Shown: one piece after another, positions 1 to 10,270 of the stretch
Layout of the letters: each line of letters opens with the position of its first letter
Numbering within the stretch: the stretch's first letter is position 1
Assembly (NCBI GenBank): GCA_963771465.1
Contig: CAVYTU010000015.1
Location: 384,001-448,000 of the forward strand
Direction: 5' to 3'
DNA: 64,000 nt
Origin: an uncultured delta proteobacterium
GTDB taxonomy: Bacteria > Desulfobacterota > Binatia > UBA9968
Position numbers and translations under genes: made by a program
Notes under the pieces: model-generated
Seen by the model: only the letters and a program-made list of their open reading frames with translations
The model's database searches: none
What the model was told of the DNA's origin: nothing

Positions 1-124
1 AGCCGTACGGATAATTGAAATACTCAATCCCGCCCAGCACGAACGCGACGGTTGCGAGCGGCAAATAACTGCGCCAGCGAAACAACCAATGGCCTGTGGA
101 TTCGAATTCCTCGATCAGCGGCAT
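1..124 (-). CDS. N-terminus of a lipid A phosphate methyltransferase (LmtA)/ICMT-family membrane methyltransferase, running off the window edge
   Basis: Manual translation from the ATG at 124: MPLIEEFESTGHWLFRWRSYLPLATVAFVLGGIEYFNYPYG. The 'EEFE..G.WLFRWRSY.P' start is typical of LmtA-like proteins. Not in the ORF track. Confidence 0.6.
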   Translation of the reverse strand, partial: MPLIEEFESTGHWLFRWRSYLPLATVAFVLGGIEYFNYPYG

Positions 125-587
125 GCGCGGCGCCTCGTTCGGAACAACAACCATTACGACTATCCGGTTCGCGAACTACCCGCAATGGAACCTTTAACCG
201 ACTGCCGCAAGCGACGACAAAATGAAGCCCTAGGACAAGCCGCCGCGATGAACAGCGGGCGGAAATCTGAGCAATAATCTTTTTGTCGTGAGTCCGCTGG
301 AACTAGACTGCCAAGAGCCATCGCGGCGCAGGGGGTTTCCTCGGACCTAGAGGCACTCGACGCAAAAATGGCCGCCAGAAACGCATCGCCAATCTATCGT
401 AGAGCGCGAAAGAACAAGATCAGAATCGAACGCGCGGGAAAGGTAAGAGGCATGGGAAAGAGAAAAATATAAAGGCGCTATTCGCGCCGAACCTCACTCG
501 CCTCTTTATCATTTCGCATCCCGACAAAACTCGAATGTCTCAAGTGACCGTCTTTTGGCGGACAAGCTCCTAAGTGCTTGAAAAAAA

Positions 588-663
<76 letters not shown>

Positions 664-682
664 ACGTTTCGTTTCAGTCGAA

Positions 683-735
683 ATTGCAAATCTCAGATGA
701 CAAATCCCAGATTGCTGGAAGCTGAAATTTGCAAT
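683..735. repeat. Inverted repeat in the tRNA-His/tRNA-Lys spacer
   Basis: ATTGCAAATCTCAG (683-696) pairs with CTGAAATTTGCAAT (722-735) at 13 of 14 positions. Confidence 0.6.
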
Positions 736-753
736 CTATCATCCCGAAGGGAA

Positions 754-830
754 TGGGGTGAGTGAAGGGATTTGAACCCTCAACCCCTGGAGCCACAGTC
801 CAGTGCTCTAACCGTTGAGCTACACTCACC
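754..830 (-). tRNA. tRNA-His (GTG) with encoded G-1
   Basis: Reverse complement GGTGAGTGTAGCTCAACGGTTAGAGCACTGGACTGTGGCTCCAGGGGTTGAGGGTTCAAATCCCTTCACTCACCCCA. Confidence 0.96.
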
Positions 831-848
831 GCAAAAACAAACTCAAGC

Positions 849-925
849 TGGCGCGCCAGAAGGGATTCGAACCCCTGACCTACGGCTTAGAAGGCCGTTG
901 CTCTATCCAGCTGAGCTACTGGCGC
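849..925 (-). tRNA. tRNA-Arg (TCT)
   Basis: Reverse complement GCGCCAGTAGCTCAGCTGGATAGAGCAACGGCCTTCTAAGCCGTAGGTCAGGGGTTCGAATCCCTTCTGGCGCGCCA. Confidence 0.97.
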
Positions 926-932
926 AACAAGA

Positions 933-1013
933 AAGTACTGAGTAACGAGTGCTGAGTTATGAGTCGGCTCCGCCTCTTTGTCCCCAACACTTAGCACTCA
1001 TCGCTCAGCACTT
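933..1013. repeat. Imperfect inverted repeat made of 7-bp AGTGCTG-like units in the tRNA-Pro/tRNA-Arg spacer
   Basis: AAGTACTGAGTAACGAGTGCTGAGTTATG versus the reverse complement of 985-1013, AAGTGCTGAGCGATGAGTGCTAAGTGTTG. Confidence 0.65.
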
Positions 1014-1018
1014 CGCGA

Positions 1019-1095
1019 TGGTCGGGGCGAGAAGATTCGAACTTCCGACCCCCTGCGCCCAAGGCAGGTGCGCTACCAGGCTGCGCTACGCCCCG
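1019..1095 (-). tRNA. tRNA-Pro (TGG)
   Basis: Reverse complement CGGGGCGTAGCGCAGCCTGGTAGCGCACCTGCCTTGGGCGCAGGGGGTCGGAAGTTCGAATCTTCTCGCCCCGACCA. Confidence 0.97.
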
Positions 1096-1139
1096 TCAAT
1101 TTTTAACCAGCGGTCATTCTACACAGCGACTTGGTGAAA

Positions 1140-1781
1140 TCAAGGTTGCGCCGCGAAATCCACCAGCTTTGGCAACATCTCAGCGAGTTTCTTGAGCGCC
1201 TTGCCGCGATGGCTCACGGTTGCTTTGGATGCACGATCGATCTCGCCGAAGGTTTTGCCAAACGGCGGGTAGAAAAATAACGGATCGTAGCCGAAGCCAT
1301 GGGAACCCGTCAGAGAAAACGCGATGCGTCCTTCGCAGGATTCCCGCACAGACCATTCTTTCATGGCGCTTGAACCCGGTGCGCATAACGCAAGTGCGCA
1401 GACAAAGCGGCCGGCGCGCTGATCGGCCGGAACGTTGGCCAATTCGCGCAGCAGCTTGCGGTTGTTAGCATCGTCGTTACCCTCTTCGCCACAATAGCGC
1501 GCCGAATAAATCCCTGGCGCGCCGCCGAGAGCATCCACCTCAAGGCCTGAATCGTCAGCTAATGTCAGCAAGCCGGAGAACTGCGCCAACGTCCGCGCTT
1601 TTTTAAGCGCGTTCGCTTCAAAACTGGCGCCGTCTTCGACGACCGCGGGAGGATTCTGCAAATCTCTCAAAGAGAGAATCTGCAGCGGCAGCTTGCCGAG
1701 AAAAGCTTGCACTTCGGCAAATTTGCCTTGATTGGTGGTAGCAACGAGCAGATCGATCACAAAAGTTAATTTTACGTTCAT
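1140..1781 (-). CDS. rdgB: Non-canonical purine NTP pyrophosphatase (Ham1 family)
   Basis: [29 protein letters not shown] and SHRGKA motifs; follows rph. Confidence 0.96.
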   Translation of the reverse strand: MNVKLTFVIDLLVATTNQGKFAEVQAFLGKLPLQILSLRDLQNPPAVVEDGASFEANALKKARTLAQFSGLLTLADDSGLEVDALGGAPGIYSARYCGEEGNDDANNRKLLRELANVPADQRAGRFVCALALCAPGSSAMKEWSVRESCEGRIAFSLTGSHGFGYDPLFFYPPFGKTFGEIDRASKATVSHRGKALKKLAEMLPKLVDFAAQP

Positions 1782-1803
1782 TGCGGTTAAAACTACCCCG
1801 ATC

Positions 1804-2538
1804 TCAAGCGAAGCCGGCGATCACTTTATTTTGCGCTTTGAGCAAATCTTTAATCCCGCCCTGGGCGATCTCGGCCATGCGCTCCATTTGTTTCTTGGTA
1901 AATGGCGCACTTTCCGCCGTACCTTGGACTTCGATGAATTTCCCCGAACCGGTCATCACGAAGTTCATGTCGACGTCGGCCTTGCTGTCTTCTTCATAAC
2001 AAAGATCCAAGAAAATTTTCCCGTCGACGATGCCGATGCTCACGGCCGCGACCGAATCTTTCAGCGGCGTGACATTGATCATGCCGCGCTGGAGCCAGCC
2101 GCCCACCGCTTCCGCGAGTGCGATATAGGCGCCGGTGATCGCCGCCGTGCGCGTGCCACCGTCGGCTTGAATCACGTCGCAATCGATCCAAACCGTACGC
2201 TCCCCGAGACTTTTCAAGTCCGCGATGGCTCGCAAACTGCGGCCGATCAGGCGTTGGATCTCGTGCGTCCGGCCGCCCACTTTTCCGCGCGACGACTCGC
2301 GGCCGATGCGCTGCTGCGACGACCCCGGCAACATGCCATACTCGGCGGTAATCCAGCCCTTGCCGCTATTGCGCAAAAACGGCGGCACCCGCTCTTCGAG
2401 CTTCGCCGTGCAAATAACTCTCGTATCGCCCATCTCGATCAACACCGACCCGTCCGCCGTCTTGATATAACTCGGCGTGATTTTCAAAGTTCTTAATTGG
2501 TTCGGTTTCCGTCCGTCAGTTCGCAATTTTTTGATCAT
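1804..2538 (-). CDS. rph: Ribonuclease PH
   Basis: [39 protein letters not shown] and EVQGTAE motifs; start placed at [10 protein letters not shown]. Confidence 0.97.
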   Translation of the reverse strand: MIKKLRTDGRKPNQLRTLKITPSYIKTADGSVLIEMGDTRVICTAKLEERVPPFLRNSGKGWITAEYGMLPGSSQQRIGRESSRGKVGGRTHEIQRLIGRSLRAIADLKSLGERTVWIDCDVIQADGGTRTAAITGAYIALAEAVGGWLQRGMINVTPLKDSVAAVSIGIVDGKIFLDLCYEEDSKADVDMNFVMTGSGKFIEVQGTAESAPFTKKQMERMAEIAQGGIKDLLKAQNKVIAGFA

Positions 2539-2585
2539 CCTTACGTGATTTCTTTCTGAGTGTTGGCTGCTGCCTATTGCCTTGT

Positions 2586-4004
2586 TCAACTATTCAAATG
2601 AAATACCACCATCTTTAGCTCGCTCATCTCATTCACGGCGTACTTTGGCCCTTCTTTGCCGAAGCCGGAATCTTTGAGTCCGCCATAGGGCATCAGATCG
2701 ACGCGCCACTGCGAGCCCCAGTTGACGTGCAGATTGCCGGCTTCCGCTTCGCGCGCGAATTTCATTGCCCATTCGACGTTGTCGGTGAAAATCCCGGCGG
2801 CCAATCCATACACGCTGTCGTTGGCCAAGGCGATCGCTTCTTCGATCGTCTCGAATGGCGTCACCGCCAGGGCTGGTCCGAACAACTCGTCGCGCGAGAT
2901 GCGCATGTCGGGATGCACGTCGGCCACCACCGCCGGCAAATAGATCGCGCCGCGTCGCCCGCCGCCGGCGACCAATCTTGCGCCGCCGCTGACCGCTTGA
3001 TTGATCCATTCATCGACTCTCACGGCTTCGCTTTCTTTCACCATCGGGCCAACTTTATTTTTCTCGTCGAGCTGATTGCCCGTGGTCAAGGCCTCGACCT
3101 TGGGTTTGAGCGCACTCAAAAGATCGCCGTAAACTTTATTTCCCGCCAACACACGCTGGGTTGAGATGCAAGTTTGGCCCGCGTTGCCATAACCGGTCAT
3201 CGCCAAGACCGTCGCGACTTTTTCCATGTCGGCGTCTGGCATGACAATAACCGGGCTGTTTGAACCTAACTCCATGGTCACTTTTTTAATTCCGGCCGTG
3301 CGGCAAATGCGCTCGCCGATCTCGCGGCTGCCGGTGAAGGTAACTTTGCGCACGCGCCGGTCGGCGACTAACGCATCGCCGATCTCGCCGCCTGAACCGG
3401 TGAGACATTGTATCCCTTCCGGCGGTAAACCCGCTTCGAGCAATATCTCCGTCAATTTGATTGCCGAAAGCGGCGTGTCGGAAGCCGGCTTAATGATGAC
3501 CGTGTTGCCTGCCGCTAGCGCCGGCCCGACTTTGTGGCAGACGAGATTTAAGGGAAAATTAAACGGCGCGATCGCCGCCACCACGCCGCAGGGCACGCGC
3601 AATGTGAAACCGAGTTTCTTGCTGCCGGTCGGATCGGCGTCTAGCGGCACGGTCTCACCGTGCAGCCGTTTCGCCTCCTCCGCAGAGCCCATCATGGTTT
3701 CCACCGCCCGATTCGCTTCGCCGCGGCCTTCTGCGATGATTTTGCCTTCTTCTTTGGAAATGATTTGGCCCAGCTCCTCGTTACGCGCCGCCATCATATC
3801 GGCCGCTTTGCGAAGAATCTTCCAGCGCTCGTAGCTCGAAAGCTTGGCCATCACCTTGGCGCCGCGCTCGGCAAAAGCTAAGGCCTTCTCCAAATCGCCG
3901 GCATCCGCCTTCGGCACGGCGTCAATCACCGAGTTGTCGAACGGATTGGTGACTTCAATTTTTTTCGCCTTATCGATCCATTGACCCGCAACAAAATTCT
4001 TCAC
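2586..4004 (-). CDS. NAD(P)-dependent aldehyde dehydrogenase
   Basis: PFNFP, FTGS, MELGSN, catalytic GQTC, ELFGP and PYGGLKDSG motifs. Confidence 0.93.
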   Translation of the reverse strand: MKNFVAGQWIDKAKKIEVTNPFDNSVIDAVPKADAGDLEKALAFAERGAKVMAKLSSYERWKILRKAADMMAARNEELGQIISKEEGKIIAEGRGEANRAVETMMGSAEEAKRLHGETVPLDADPTGSKKLGFTLRVPCGVVAAIAPFNFPLNLVCHKVGPALAAGNTVIIKPASDTPLSAIKLTEILLEAGLPPEGIQCLTGSGGEIGDALVADRRVRKVTFTGSREIGERICRTAGIKKVTMELGSNSPVIVMPDADMEKVATVLAMTGYGNAGQTCISTQRVLAGNKVYGDLLSALKPKVEALTTGNQLDEKNKVGPMVKESEAVRVDEWINQAVSGGARLVAGGGRRGAIYLPAVVADVHPDMRISRDELFGPALAVTPFETIEEAIALANDSVYGLAAGIFTDNVEWAMKFAREAEAGNLHVNWGSQWRVDLMPYGGLKDSGFGKEGPKYAVNEMSELKMVVFHLNS

Positions 4005-4060
4005 GGCGAATATCCTCCAACGTCATCCATGCTATTTTTTTATTTTGCCTTTTTAATTTT

Positions 4061-5014
4061 TCACTCGCCTTCTGTTTTGCTCTTGTAGAAACTCCGCCCG
4101 TACGCCCGATGAAACGCCGTCCATTTCGATCCCGGCTCTTTCTCGGGCATGTTCTGGATCGCTTGAATCTTGCCGTCGAGATCGTCCAGAGAATGCAAGA
4201 TAACGGCTTCCAAGGTCTGCGGCAACTTGGGCGAGCCGAATTCATACGCGCCATGATGGCTCACGAGCATATGCTTCACTAACAGCGCCAAATCCGCCGG
4301 AAACTCCGGCAGGGTTTCAATCTTCCGGGTCACCAGCTCGACTTCCATGACCAGATGGCCGAGCAGTTGGCCGGCATCGGTGTAATCCAGCGCGCGGTCG
4401 AAGGTGAATTCGTAAATCTTACCGATGTCGTGCAGAAAGCCGCCGATCAAAAGCATATCAACGTCGACGCCGCGATAATTCTCGACGACTTTGAGGATCA
4501 GCTTGAGCAGCGACAGGGTATGTTCCAACAAGCCGCTTAAATAGGGATGATGAATGGTCTTGGCGCCGGGCGCTTGCTTCAACAGGCGCATCATGTCGTC
4601 ATCGGCGAAGCACGCCTCGGCTAGCGCGAGCAGATGCGGATTCTTGATCGCGCGCAGAATCGCCTGCAGCTCGGCCAGCATCACTTCGGGATCGTTGGCG
4701 CTCCTCGGGAGAAAATCTTCGGCAGCGACTTTCGACTCTTCGACGCGGATGACATCTTGGACGCGAATTTGAATCTTGCCCTGATAAAGCGTCGCTTGGC
4801 CGCGCACCCGGACGAAATCGTTCTTGTCGAAGCCGCGGGCGAGATCATCAGCACGGTCCCACACCCGACCTTCGATCTCACCGCTCCGATCGAGCAGTTT
4901 AAGGGTCAAGTAACTTCTGCCGCCTTTGGTCACGCCGTGATTTTTCGACGCCACCAAAAACATCGCATCGACGAGTTGGTTCTCACGGATATCGGCAGCG
5001 TAGAGAGATTTCAT
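4061..5014 (-). CDS. OB-fold plus HD-domain 3'-5' exoribonuclease, YhaM/Cbf1 family
   Basis: L.DRSGEIEGR.W, PGAK..HH...GLLEH, LHDIGK and SHHG..EFGSP motifs; GGAGG upstream of ATG 5014. Confidence 0.9.
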   Translation of the reverse strand: MKSLYAADIRENQLVDAMFLVASKNHGVTKGGRSYLTLKLLDRSGEIEGRVWDRADDLARGFDKNDFVRVRGQATLYQGKIQIRVQDVIRVEESKVAAEDFLPRSANDPEVMLAELQAILRAIKNPHLLALAEACFADDDMMRLLKQAPGAKTIHHPYLSGLLEHTLSLLKLILKVVENYRGVDVDMLLIGGFLHDIGKIYEFTFDRALDYTDAGQLLGHLVMEVELVTRKIETLPEFPADLALLVKHMLVSHHGAYEFGSPKLPQTLEAVILHSLDDLDGKIQAIQNMPEKEPGSKWTAFHRAYGRSFYKSKTEGE

Positions 5015-5032
5015 GTGAACACCCTCCATGGG

Positions 5033-5332
5033 TTACCTGATCCAATTTGCCAAATCATAAAACGTGTAGACGACGAAGCGCTGCAAAAACACCGCCGCGA
5101 TCCAGACGATGATCGGTGTTAGATCGAAACCCCTGACGGCGAGCGACAGCCGCTGGCGCACCCAGTGAAACACCGGTTCGGTCGCATTGTAGAGAAAGCG
5201 CACGACGGGAATCGTCGTGTCGGCGTTTGCGATCGACACCACCACCCGGGCGATGATGATCCAAATATAGGCCCACAACACATAGTCGAGCACCTGAGCG
5301 ACGGCGAACAAAAGATTAGCGATGACAAACAT
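5033..5332 (-). CDS. yggT: YggT family membrane protein
   Basis: FLYNATEP and DLTPII motifs; directly follows yggS. Confidence 0.85.
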   Translation of the reverse strand: MFVIANLLFAVAQVLDYVLWAYIWIIIARVVVSIANADTTIPVVRFLYNATEPVFHWVRQRLSLAVRGFDLTPIIVWIAAVFLQRFVVYTFYDLANWIR

Positions 5333-5336
5333 CGGC

Positions 5337-6029
5337 TCAGCTGCTCCGTGGCCCGAACAAGGCCGTGCCGACGCGCACGATGGTCGCGCCTTCCTCGATG
5401 GCGACGGCAAAGTCGTGCGTCATGCCCATCGATAATTCGGTTAGTCGAATGTTGGCAATACGCATTTCATTGACCTGATCGCGTAACTCACGCAGCTCGC
5501 GAAAGTACGGCCGCACCGCTTCGAGATTTTCCCGAAACGGCGCTACGGTCATCAAGCCATCCACACGCAGGTGCGAAAGCTTAGTCAATTCTTGGAATAG
5601 CCCGCTCACTTGCTCCTTAGCAATCCCGGACTTACTTTCCTCGGCGCCAAGATTGACTTCAACGAAAACCCGGAGGGTCTTGCCGCACCGCACGGCTTGC
5701 CGATCCAACTCGCGTGCCAGCGCGAGATTATCCAACGACTCGACGACGTCGAACAGTTCCACCGCCAGCTTGGCTTTATTGCGCTGTAAGTGGCCGATCA
5801 TATGCCACTCGACCGAGTCGGAAATATCTTTTCTCTTATCCGCCGCTTCCTGGACGTAATTTTCACCGATCAAAGTCACCCCGGCGGCAACGGCTGTGCG
5901 CATCGCCGCGACGCTTTGCGACTTCGCGGCGGCGAGCAGCCTGATCTCGCGAGGATCGCGTCCGACCTTCAGCGCTGCTTCGGCAACGAGGTTAAGAACT
6001 CTCCGACAATTTCCGCCAACGTCGACCAT
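5337..6029 (-). CDS. yggS: PLP homeostasis protein, YggS family
   Basis: GENYVQE, WHMIGHLQRNK, LSMGMT.D and EEGAT.VRVGTALFG motifs. Confidence 0.95.
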   Translation of the reverse strand: MVDVGGNCRRVLNLVAEAALKVGRDPREIRLLAAAKSQSVAAMRTAVAAGVTLIGENYVQEAADKRKDISDSVEWHMIGHLQRNKAKLAVELFDVVESLDNLALARELDRQAVRCGKTLRVFVEVNLGAEESKSGIAKEQVSGLFQELTKLSHLRVDGLMTVAPFRENLEAVRPYFRELRELRDQVNEMRIANIRLTELSMGMTHDFAVAIEEGATIVRVGTALFGPRSS

Positions 6030-6235
6030 GAGGGCAAAATGCTTACCATAACGAGAGCGAGATTTCACTCGTAAGCGATTGACCCTTGGGATAAATCTGC
6101 CAAGAAGCGATTTTGGCCGCTGCCAATACGCGAATTATCGCGAGCGCGCCATTGTTGACTCAAAAACCAACCGCAGGATATAAGTCGCGCAATCTTGAAT
6201 GGCACTGAAGTCCCGACACAGCTTGAGGTAGCTCC

Positions 6236-8158
6236 ATGGACCCGGACCGCTGGCGATTGATCGAATCGATCTTTGAGCAAGCTCTGCAACGCGAAAGCAC
6301 ACAGCGTCATGCCTTCGTGCAGGCTGAATGCGGCGGCGATGCCGGGTTGATCAGCGAGATCGAAGAGTTGTTAGCGCATCATGATGAGGTCCAGAAACAA
6401 GATTTCCTCCGCAGCGGCCTAAGCCTCGGCGAGACACCGCTGCTTGCAGCTCAAATAGACGATCCCTACATCGGCATGGAGCTCGGACCGTACGTTATCA
6501 AACGGCGCCAGGCGAGCGGTGGCATGGGCAACGTTTATTTAGCCGTGCGCCAGACCGACTTTCGCCAGCAGGTCGCCATCAAAGTTCTCAGACGCGGCAT
6601 GGATTCCGAGGACATTCTGCGCCGCTTCCGCAACGAGATTCAGGTTCTGGCGGCGCTCAGCAAGCATCAGAATATCGCCGCTTTGCTCGATGCCGGAAGC
6701 ACCAAAGAAGGACTGCCGTTCTTCGTCATGGAATTCGTCGACGGTGAGCCGTTGGATTCCTACTGCGACAAACACAAACTCTCCATGAGAGAGAGGGTGG
6801 AGTTGTTTCTGCGCGCCTGCGCGGCGGTAGAATTCGCGCACCGCCATATGGTTATTCATCGCGATCTAAAAATGAGCAATATCTTGGTCCGCGCCGACGC
6901 CATGCCCAAGCTCATCGACTTCGGCATCGCGAAACTGACCACGCCAGAGTTTAGCGCGCAAACGCTTACGCCGACCACACCGGAACGACGCTTCATGACG
7001 GTGGATTATGCCAGCCCCGAACAAACCCGCGGCGAATCCCTTACCGCCGCCAGCGACGTATATTCGTTAGGAGTTATCCTTTACGAACTTGTGACCGGTC
7101 GCAAGCCGTACAAGCTCGGCGGGCTGCCATTGCCGGAGCAAATCAAAGTCATCGCCGAATGCGATCCCGAACTGCCCAGTCGAGCGGTTAAAGGAACCCA
7201 GTCCAATGTCGGCTCGGAGGTTGACAGCTCCGCCTCTGAGGCGAATTTAATCGCCGCTCGGCGCGGCACCACGCCGCTCAAACTCGCGCGGCAGCTCGCC
7301 GGCGACCTGGAAAACATCGTCCTTAGAGCGCTACGCAAGGACCCCCAGCAGCGTTACAACACGGTGAATGATCTATCGGATGATCTGCAATGCTATCTGG
7401 ATGGCAGTCCTGTTCAGGCGCGTCCCATCGGCAAGGCTGAGCGAATCTACCGGTGGTGTCAGCGCAACCCGGTTCCCACGGCACTTCTGGCAACGATGAT
7501 GCTTACCCTCGTCATCGGCCTCTGGCATCTGTCCCGCCTCTCCGAACAGCTCATACAAACAACCGCCATCGAAGGCGCCGCCTTCGAAGCCGAGACCCTC
7601 GCCATCGTGCAAGACTATTATTCCAAGGTCGTGGTCGAAAGGGTGAAAGACAGAGTGCCAGCGACCCATCGATACGCCGTGGTCGAGGGTGCGATCCCGG
7701 TACCCGCCTCCTTCACCATCGATCTCGGTGAACACATCAGGAAATCGCAGATCACCACCATGTCTATGCGCATGTATAGCGACTTCCCATTCAAACACCG
7801 CGAGGGAGGCGGCGCCAAAGATGAGTTTGAGACCAGCGCATTGCGCCGGCTACGCGCCCAACCCAACGAACCTTACTATCGATTTGAGAATTACGACGGC
7901 CGACAATCCCTGCGCTACGCCGCCTCACGGGTCATGAAAGAGGCCTGCGTTAATTGCCACAACTCGCATCCGGACAGCACCAAGAAAGACTGGAAGGTGG
8001 GCGAGGTTCGCGGCGTCTTGGAAATCATCCGCCCCTTGGATCTGGACATCGCCCGCACGCGAAAGCATCTGCTCGAGACTTTCTACTTCATGGGCGGATT
8101 TTCCGCGCTGCTGATAGCTCTGGCGATATTCTTTTTGCGGGTAGGGAAACGACGGTGA
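6236..8158 (+). CDS. Membrane Hanks-type Ser/Thr kinase with an extracytoplasmic DUF3365/Tll0287-like c-type heme domain
   Basis: GGMGNVY, VAIK, HRDLK.SN, DFG and YASPEQ kinase motifs; TM helix; then P.PA.F..., D.FE..AL..L, CVNCH and WKVGEVRG.LEI; C-terminal TM helix. Confidence 0.88.
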   Translation: MDPDRWRLIESIFEQALQRESTQRHAFVQAECGGDAGLISEIEELLAHHDEVQKQDFLRSGLSLGETPLLAAQIDDPYIGMELGPYVIKRRQASGGMGNVYLAVRQTDFRQQVAIKVLRRGMDSEDILRRFRNEIQVLAALSKHQNIAALLDAGSTKEGLPFFVMEFVDGEPLDSYCDKHKLSMRERVELFLRACAAVEFAHRHMVIHRDLKMSNILVRADAMPKLIDFGIAKLTTPEFSAQTLTPTTPERRFMTVDYASPEQTRGESLTAASDVYSLGVILYELVTGRKPYKLGGLPLPEQIKVIAECDPELPSRAVKGTQSNVGSEVDSSASEANLIAARRGTTPLKLARQLAGDLENIVLRALRKDPQQRYNTVNDLSDDLQCYLDGSPVQARPIGKAERIYRWCQRNPVPTALLATMMLTLVIGLWHLSRLSEQLIQTTAIEGAAFEAETLAIVQDYYSKVVVERVKDRVPATHRYAVVEGAIPVPASFTIDLGEHIRKSQITTMSMRMYSDFPFKHREGGGAKDEFETSALRRLRAQPNEPYYRFENYDGRQSLRYAASRVMKEACVNCHNSHPDSTKKDWKVGEVRGVLEIIRPLDLDIARTRKHLLETFYFMGGFSALLIALAIFFLRVGKRR

Positions 8159-8203
8159 GAGATGTTGTATTCAATTTATCTGGAGCGGGAAAAACACGGG
8201 ATG

Positions 8204-8240
8204 AAAAAAAGACCGCGGGCCTTCTTGGCCTCGCGGTCTT
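8204..8240 (-). terminator. Intrinsic terminator between the convergent kinase and secreted-protein genes
   Basis: AAAAAAA-GACCGCGGGCC-TTCTT-GGCCTCGCGGTC hairpin; U-tract on the minus strand. Confidence 0.75.
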
Positions 8241-8264
8241 CAAGCGTTACGCCGTGTGATGGAT

Positions 8265-9242
8265 TTAATTTGTCGAAGCCTTATACCCCTTCGCCGCGCA
8301 AATGCTGGCGGTGGCCGCGACTTTGATTTCGACGACTTGACGGATGGTCTTAATCACGAAGCCGATCGTCTGAGTGGTTCCTTTTGCTGGATTCTTCACG
8401 CTGGTAGTCGCTCCCGGGCTGACACCTACCGTCTTGCTGTCTTCCATGGTATCAGCAAGGTCCCACAAAAAGTCGCCAACATGTTCCAGGGTTTTCGCCA
8501 ACAGATCAATGTGCGGCTTGCCAGTATTGAGCAGCGCATTGCAGTAGGGAAATTCCGGGATCGGCTCTTGAGCAGCGGCGGCGGGCGGAGTGCTGGACGG
8601 GGGCGTTCCGCCGTTCGGTGAGCCACCCTTGTCATTGCTAGTCACGCGCACAGAAGAACTAGCCGAAGCGTCACTCAGTTGGGCCATGGTTGGGAAACGG
8701 GGAAGCTGGCCGGCGGCATAGCGCACGAGTTCCAATCGGTATTGAAGTTCTTCAAATGCGTTGCCGAGCACCTTTTCGGTGGCATAAAGGATTGGCGGCG
8801 GCATAACATCGAGCAACTTGACTACATTCCCCAGCTTGCGCGCCGCGGGCGGAACGTGCTCGATGAAGTGTAACTCTTGCGGCAGTGACATAACGCTCTC
8901 AATCAGGTTCCGAAAATCAGCGCGAAACGCGCCACAGGGCGAGCTGGCGCCGCATTTATCGCTGCCGACGAAGGTTTTGTAATCCGCCTGAGACTGCTTG
9001 ACGAATCGCACCATGGATTTCACCGTTTCCAAAAATTCTTCGAGATTTTCGCCGTCGAGATCACTGACCTTTTCTTTCACGTTCTCGACCTTCACTTGGA
9101 CCTTGTTCTTGAGTTCGGTGACTTTGTCCATCAGCCCCGCTGAACTGTTACCCGGCATCAGGACGAAGCCGGCAATCAGCGCGCTGGCGGTCATGGTGCG
9201 AACGGCCTTGGCGACTTTGGCGTCGGAATTGATTGTTTTCAT
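8265..9242 (-). CDS. Hypothetical secreted protein
   Basis: Long ORF; GAAAAGGAGA RBS before ATG 9242; signal-like N-terminus ending NSSA; CGASSPC pair and a Pro/Ser/Ala linker. No family recognised. Confidence 0.7.
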   Translation of the reverse strand: MKTINSDAKVAKAVRTMTASALIAGFVLMPGNSSAGLMDKVTELKNKVQVKVENVKEKVSDLDGENLEEFLETVKSMVRFVKQSQADYKTFVGSDKCGASSPCGAFRADFRNLIESVMSLPQELHFIEHVPPAARKLGNVVKLLDVMPPPILYATEKVLGNAFEELQYRLELVRYAAGQLPRFPTMAQLSDASASSSVRVTSNDKGGSPNGGTPPSSTPPAAAAQEPIPEFPYCNALLNTGKPHIDLLAKTLEHVGDFLWDLADTMEDSKTVGVSPGATTSVKNPAKGTTQTIGFVIKTIRQVVEIKVAATASICAAKGYKASTN

Positions 9243-9573
9243 GACTGTCTCCTTTTCTCGTTTGAGAGTGCTACGAGCACCCGGAGTTGATTTGCGGCTC
9301 CATCGAGCCTTCACCCCGTTAAGCGATGCTCCGGGGCAAATCCCCTCATGGTTTTCTGAAAAAATTAAAAATATTTTGGAATGAAGGTAACTCGCTGAAA
9401 AATCGCTTAAATTTAGTTCAGACTGGCGACCCGGGAGTTGGGCAGGAGGCCACCGGGGCTGGCTTGAAGCCTTTTCGGTTGCCTCCGGACGGTTAGTTGA
9501 GTATAGGCAACGCACACGGCTGATAGACCCAACGATTCGGCAAGGCGCGATTAAACTCAGTTCGGGGACTTAA

Positions 9574-10137
9574 ATGGCGGAAAACTTTCCAATAACCCAG
9601 CGGCTTTTGGACTGGCGCATGGGGCGTCCCGAAGCTCTTGACGAGGTGATGCCGCAGGTCTACGAGACCCTGCACCGGATCGCGCAGAAGTACATGCGCC
9701 AGGAAAACCGCGGCCATACACTGCAACCCACCGCCATCGTCAACGAAGCCTACATAAAATTGATCGACGCGGATGTCGATTGGCAAAACCGCGCTCATTT
9801 TTTCGCCATCGCTGCCCGGCTCATGCGCCGGATTCTTGTCGACCACGCCAAGGCGAAGCACCGCAGCAAACGTGGCGGATCGGCGACAAAAATTTCCATT
9901 GATGAGGTTGCCGTAAAACAAGCCGAACCGGAGGTGGACATCGTCGAGCTCGATGTCGCGCTGAAACGGCTCGCCGAACTCGACGAACGCAAGAGTAAGA
10001 TTGTCGAGCTGCACTATTTCGGCGGGCTGAAATACGATGAAACCGCCGAAGTGCTGCAAATCTCAGCGGCAACCGTGGACCGCGAACTCAGGATGGCGAA
10101 AGCCTGGCTGCACAAAGCCATGAAGGAATCGTTTTAG
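9574..10137 (+). CDS. ECF sigma factor of the kinase-associated type (TIGR02999-like)
   Basis: HTLQPTAIVNEAY, WQNRAHFFAIAARLMRRILVDHA, IVELHYFGGL...ETAEVL and ATVDRELRMAKAWL motifs. Confidence 0.9.
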   Translation: MAENFPITQRLLDWRMGRPEALDEVMPQVYETLHRIAQKYMRQENRGHTLQPTAIVNEAYIKLIDADVDWQNRAHFFAIAARLMRRILVDHAKAKHRSKRGGSATKISIDEVAVKQAEPEVDIVELDVALKRLAELDERKSKIVELHYFGGLKYDETAEVLQISAATVDRELRMAKAWLHKAMKESF

Positions 10138-10270
10138 CCGCCGGGTGATTTAGCGCTGCTTGTGCGGTTGGCGCCGGCCAGACAGTTTATTCTAATCAGT
10201 CCGCCATGATCCTTCGGTTGAACCGCGTCAATGACTGAAGTAGAACGACCGCAACGGAAATTAGCGATTC

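Noticed and set aside
949-1137. 62-aa plus-strand ORF
   Set aside because: Antisense to tRNA-Pro; spurious.
1732-2496. 254-aa ORF antisense to rph, and similar long antisense ORFs (11164-12093, 27577-28368, 59239-59985, 62308-63021)
   Set aside because: Shadow ORFs of well-supported genes in GC-rich DNA; no recognisable motifs.
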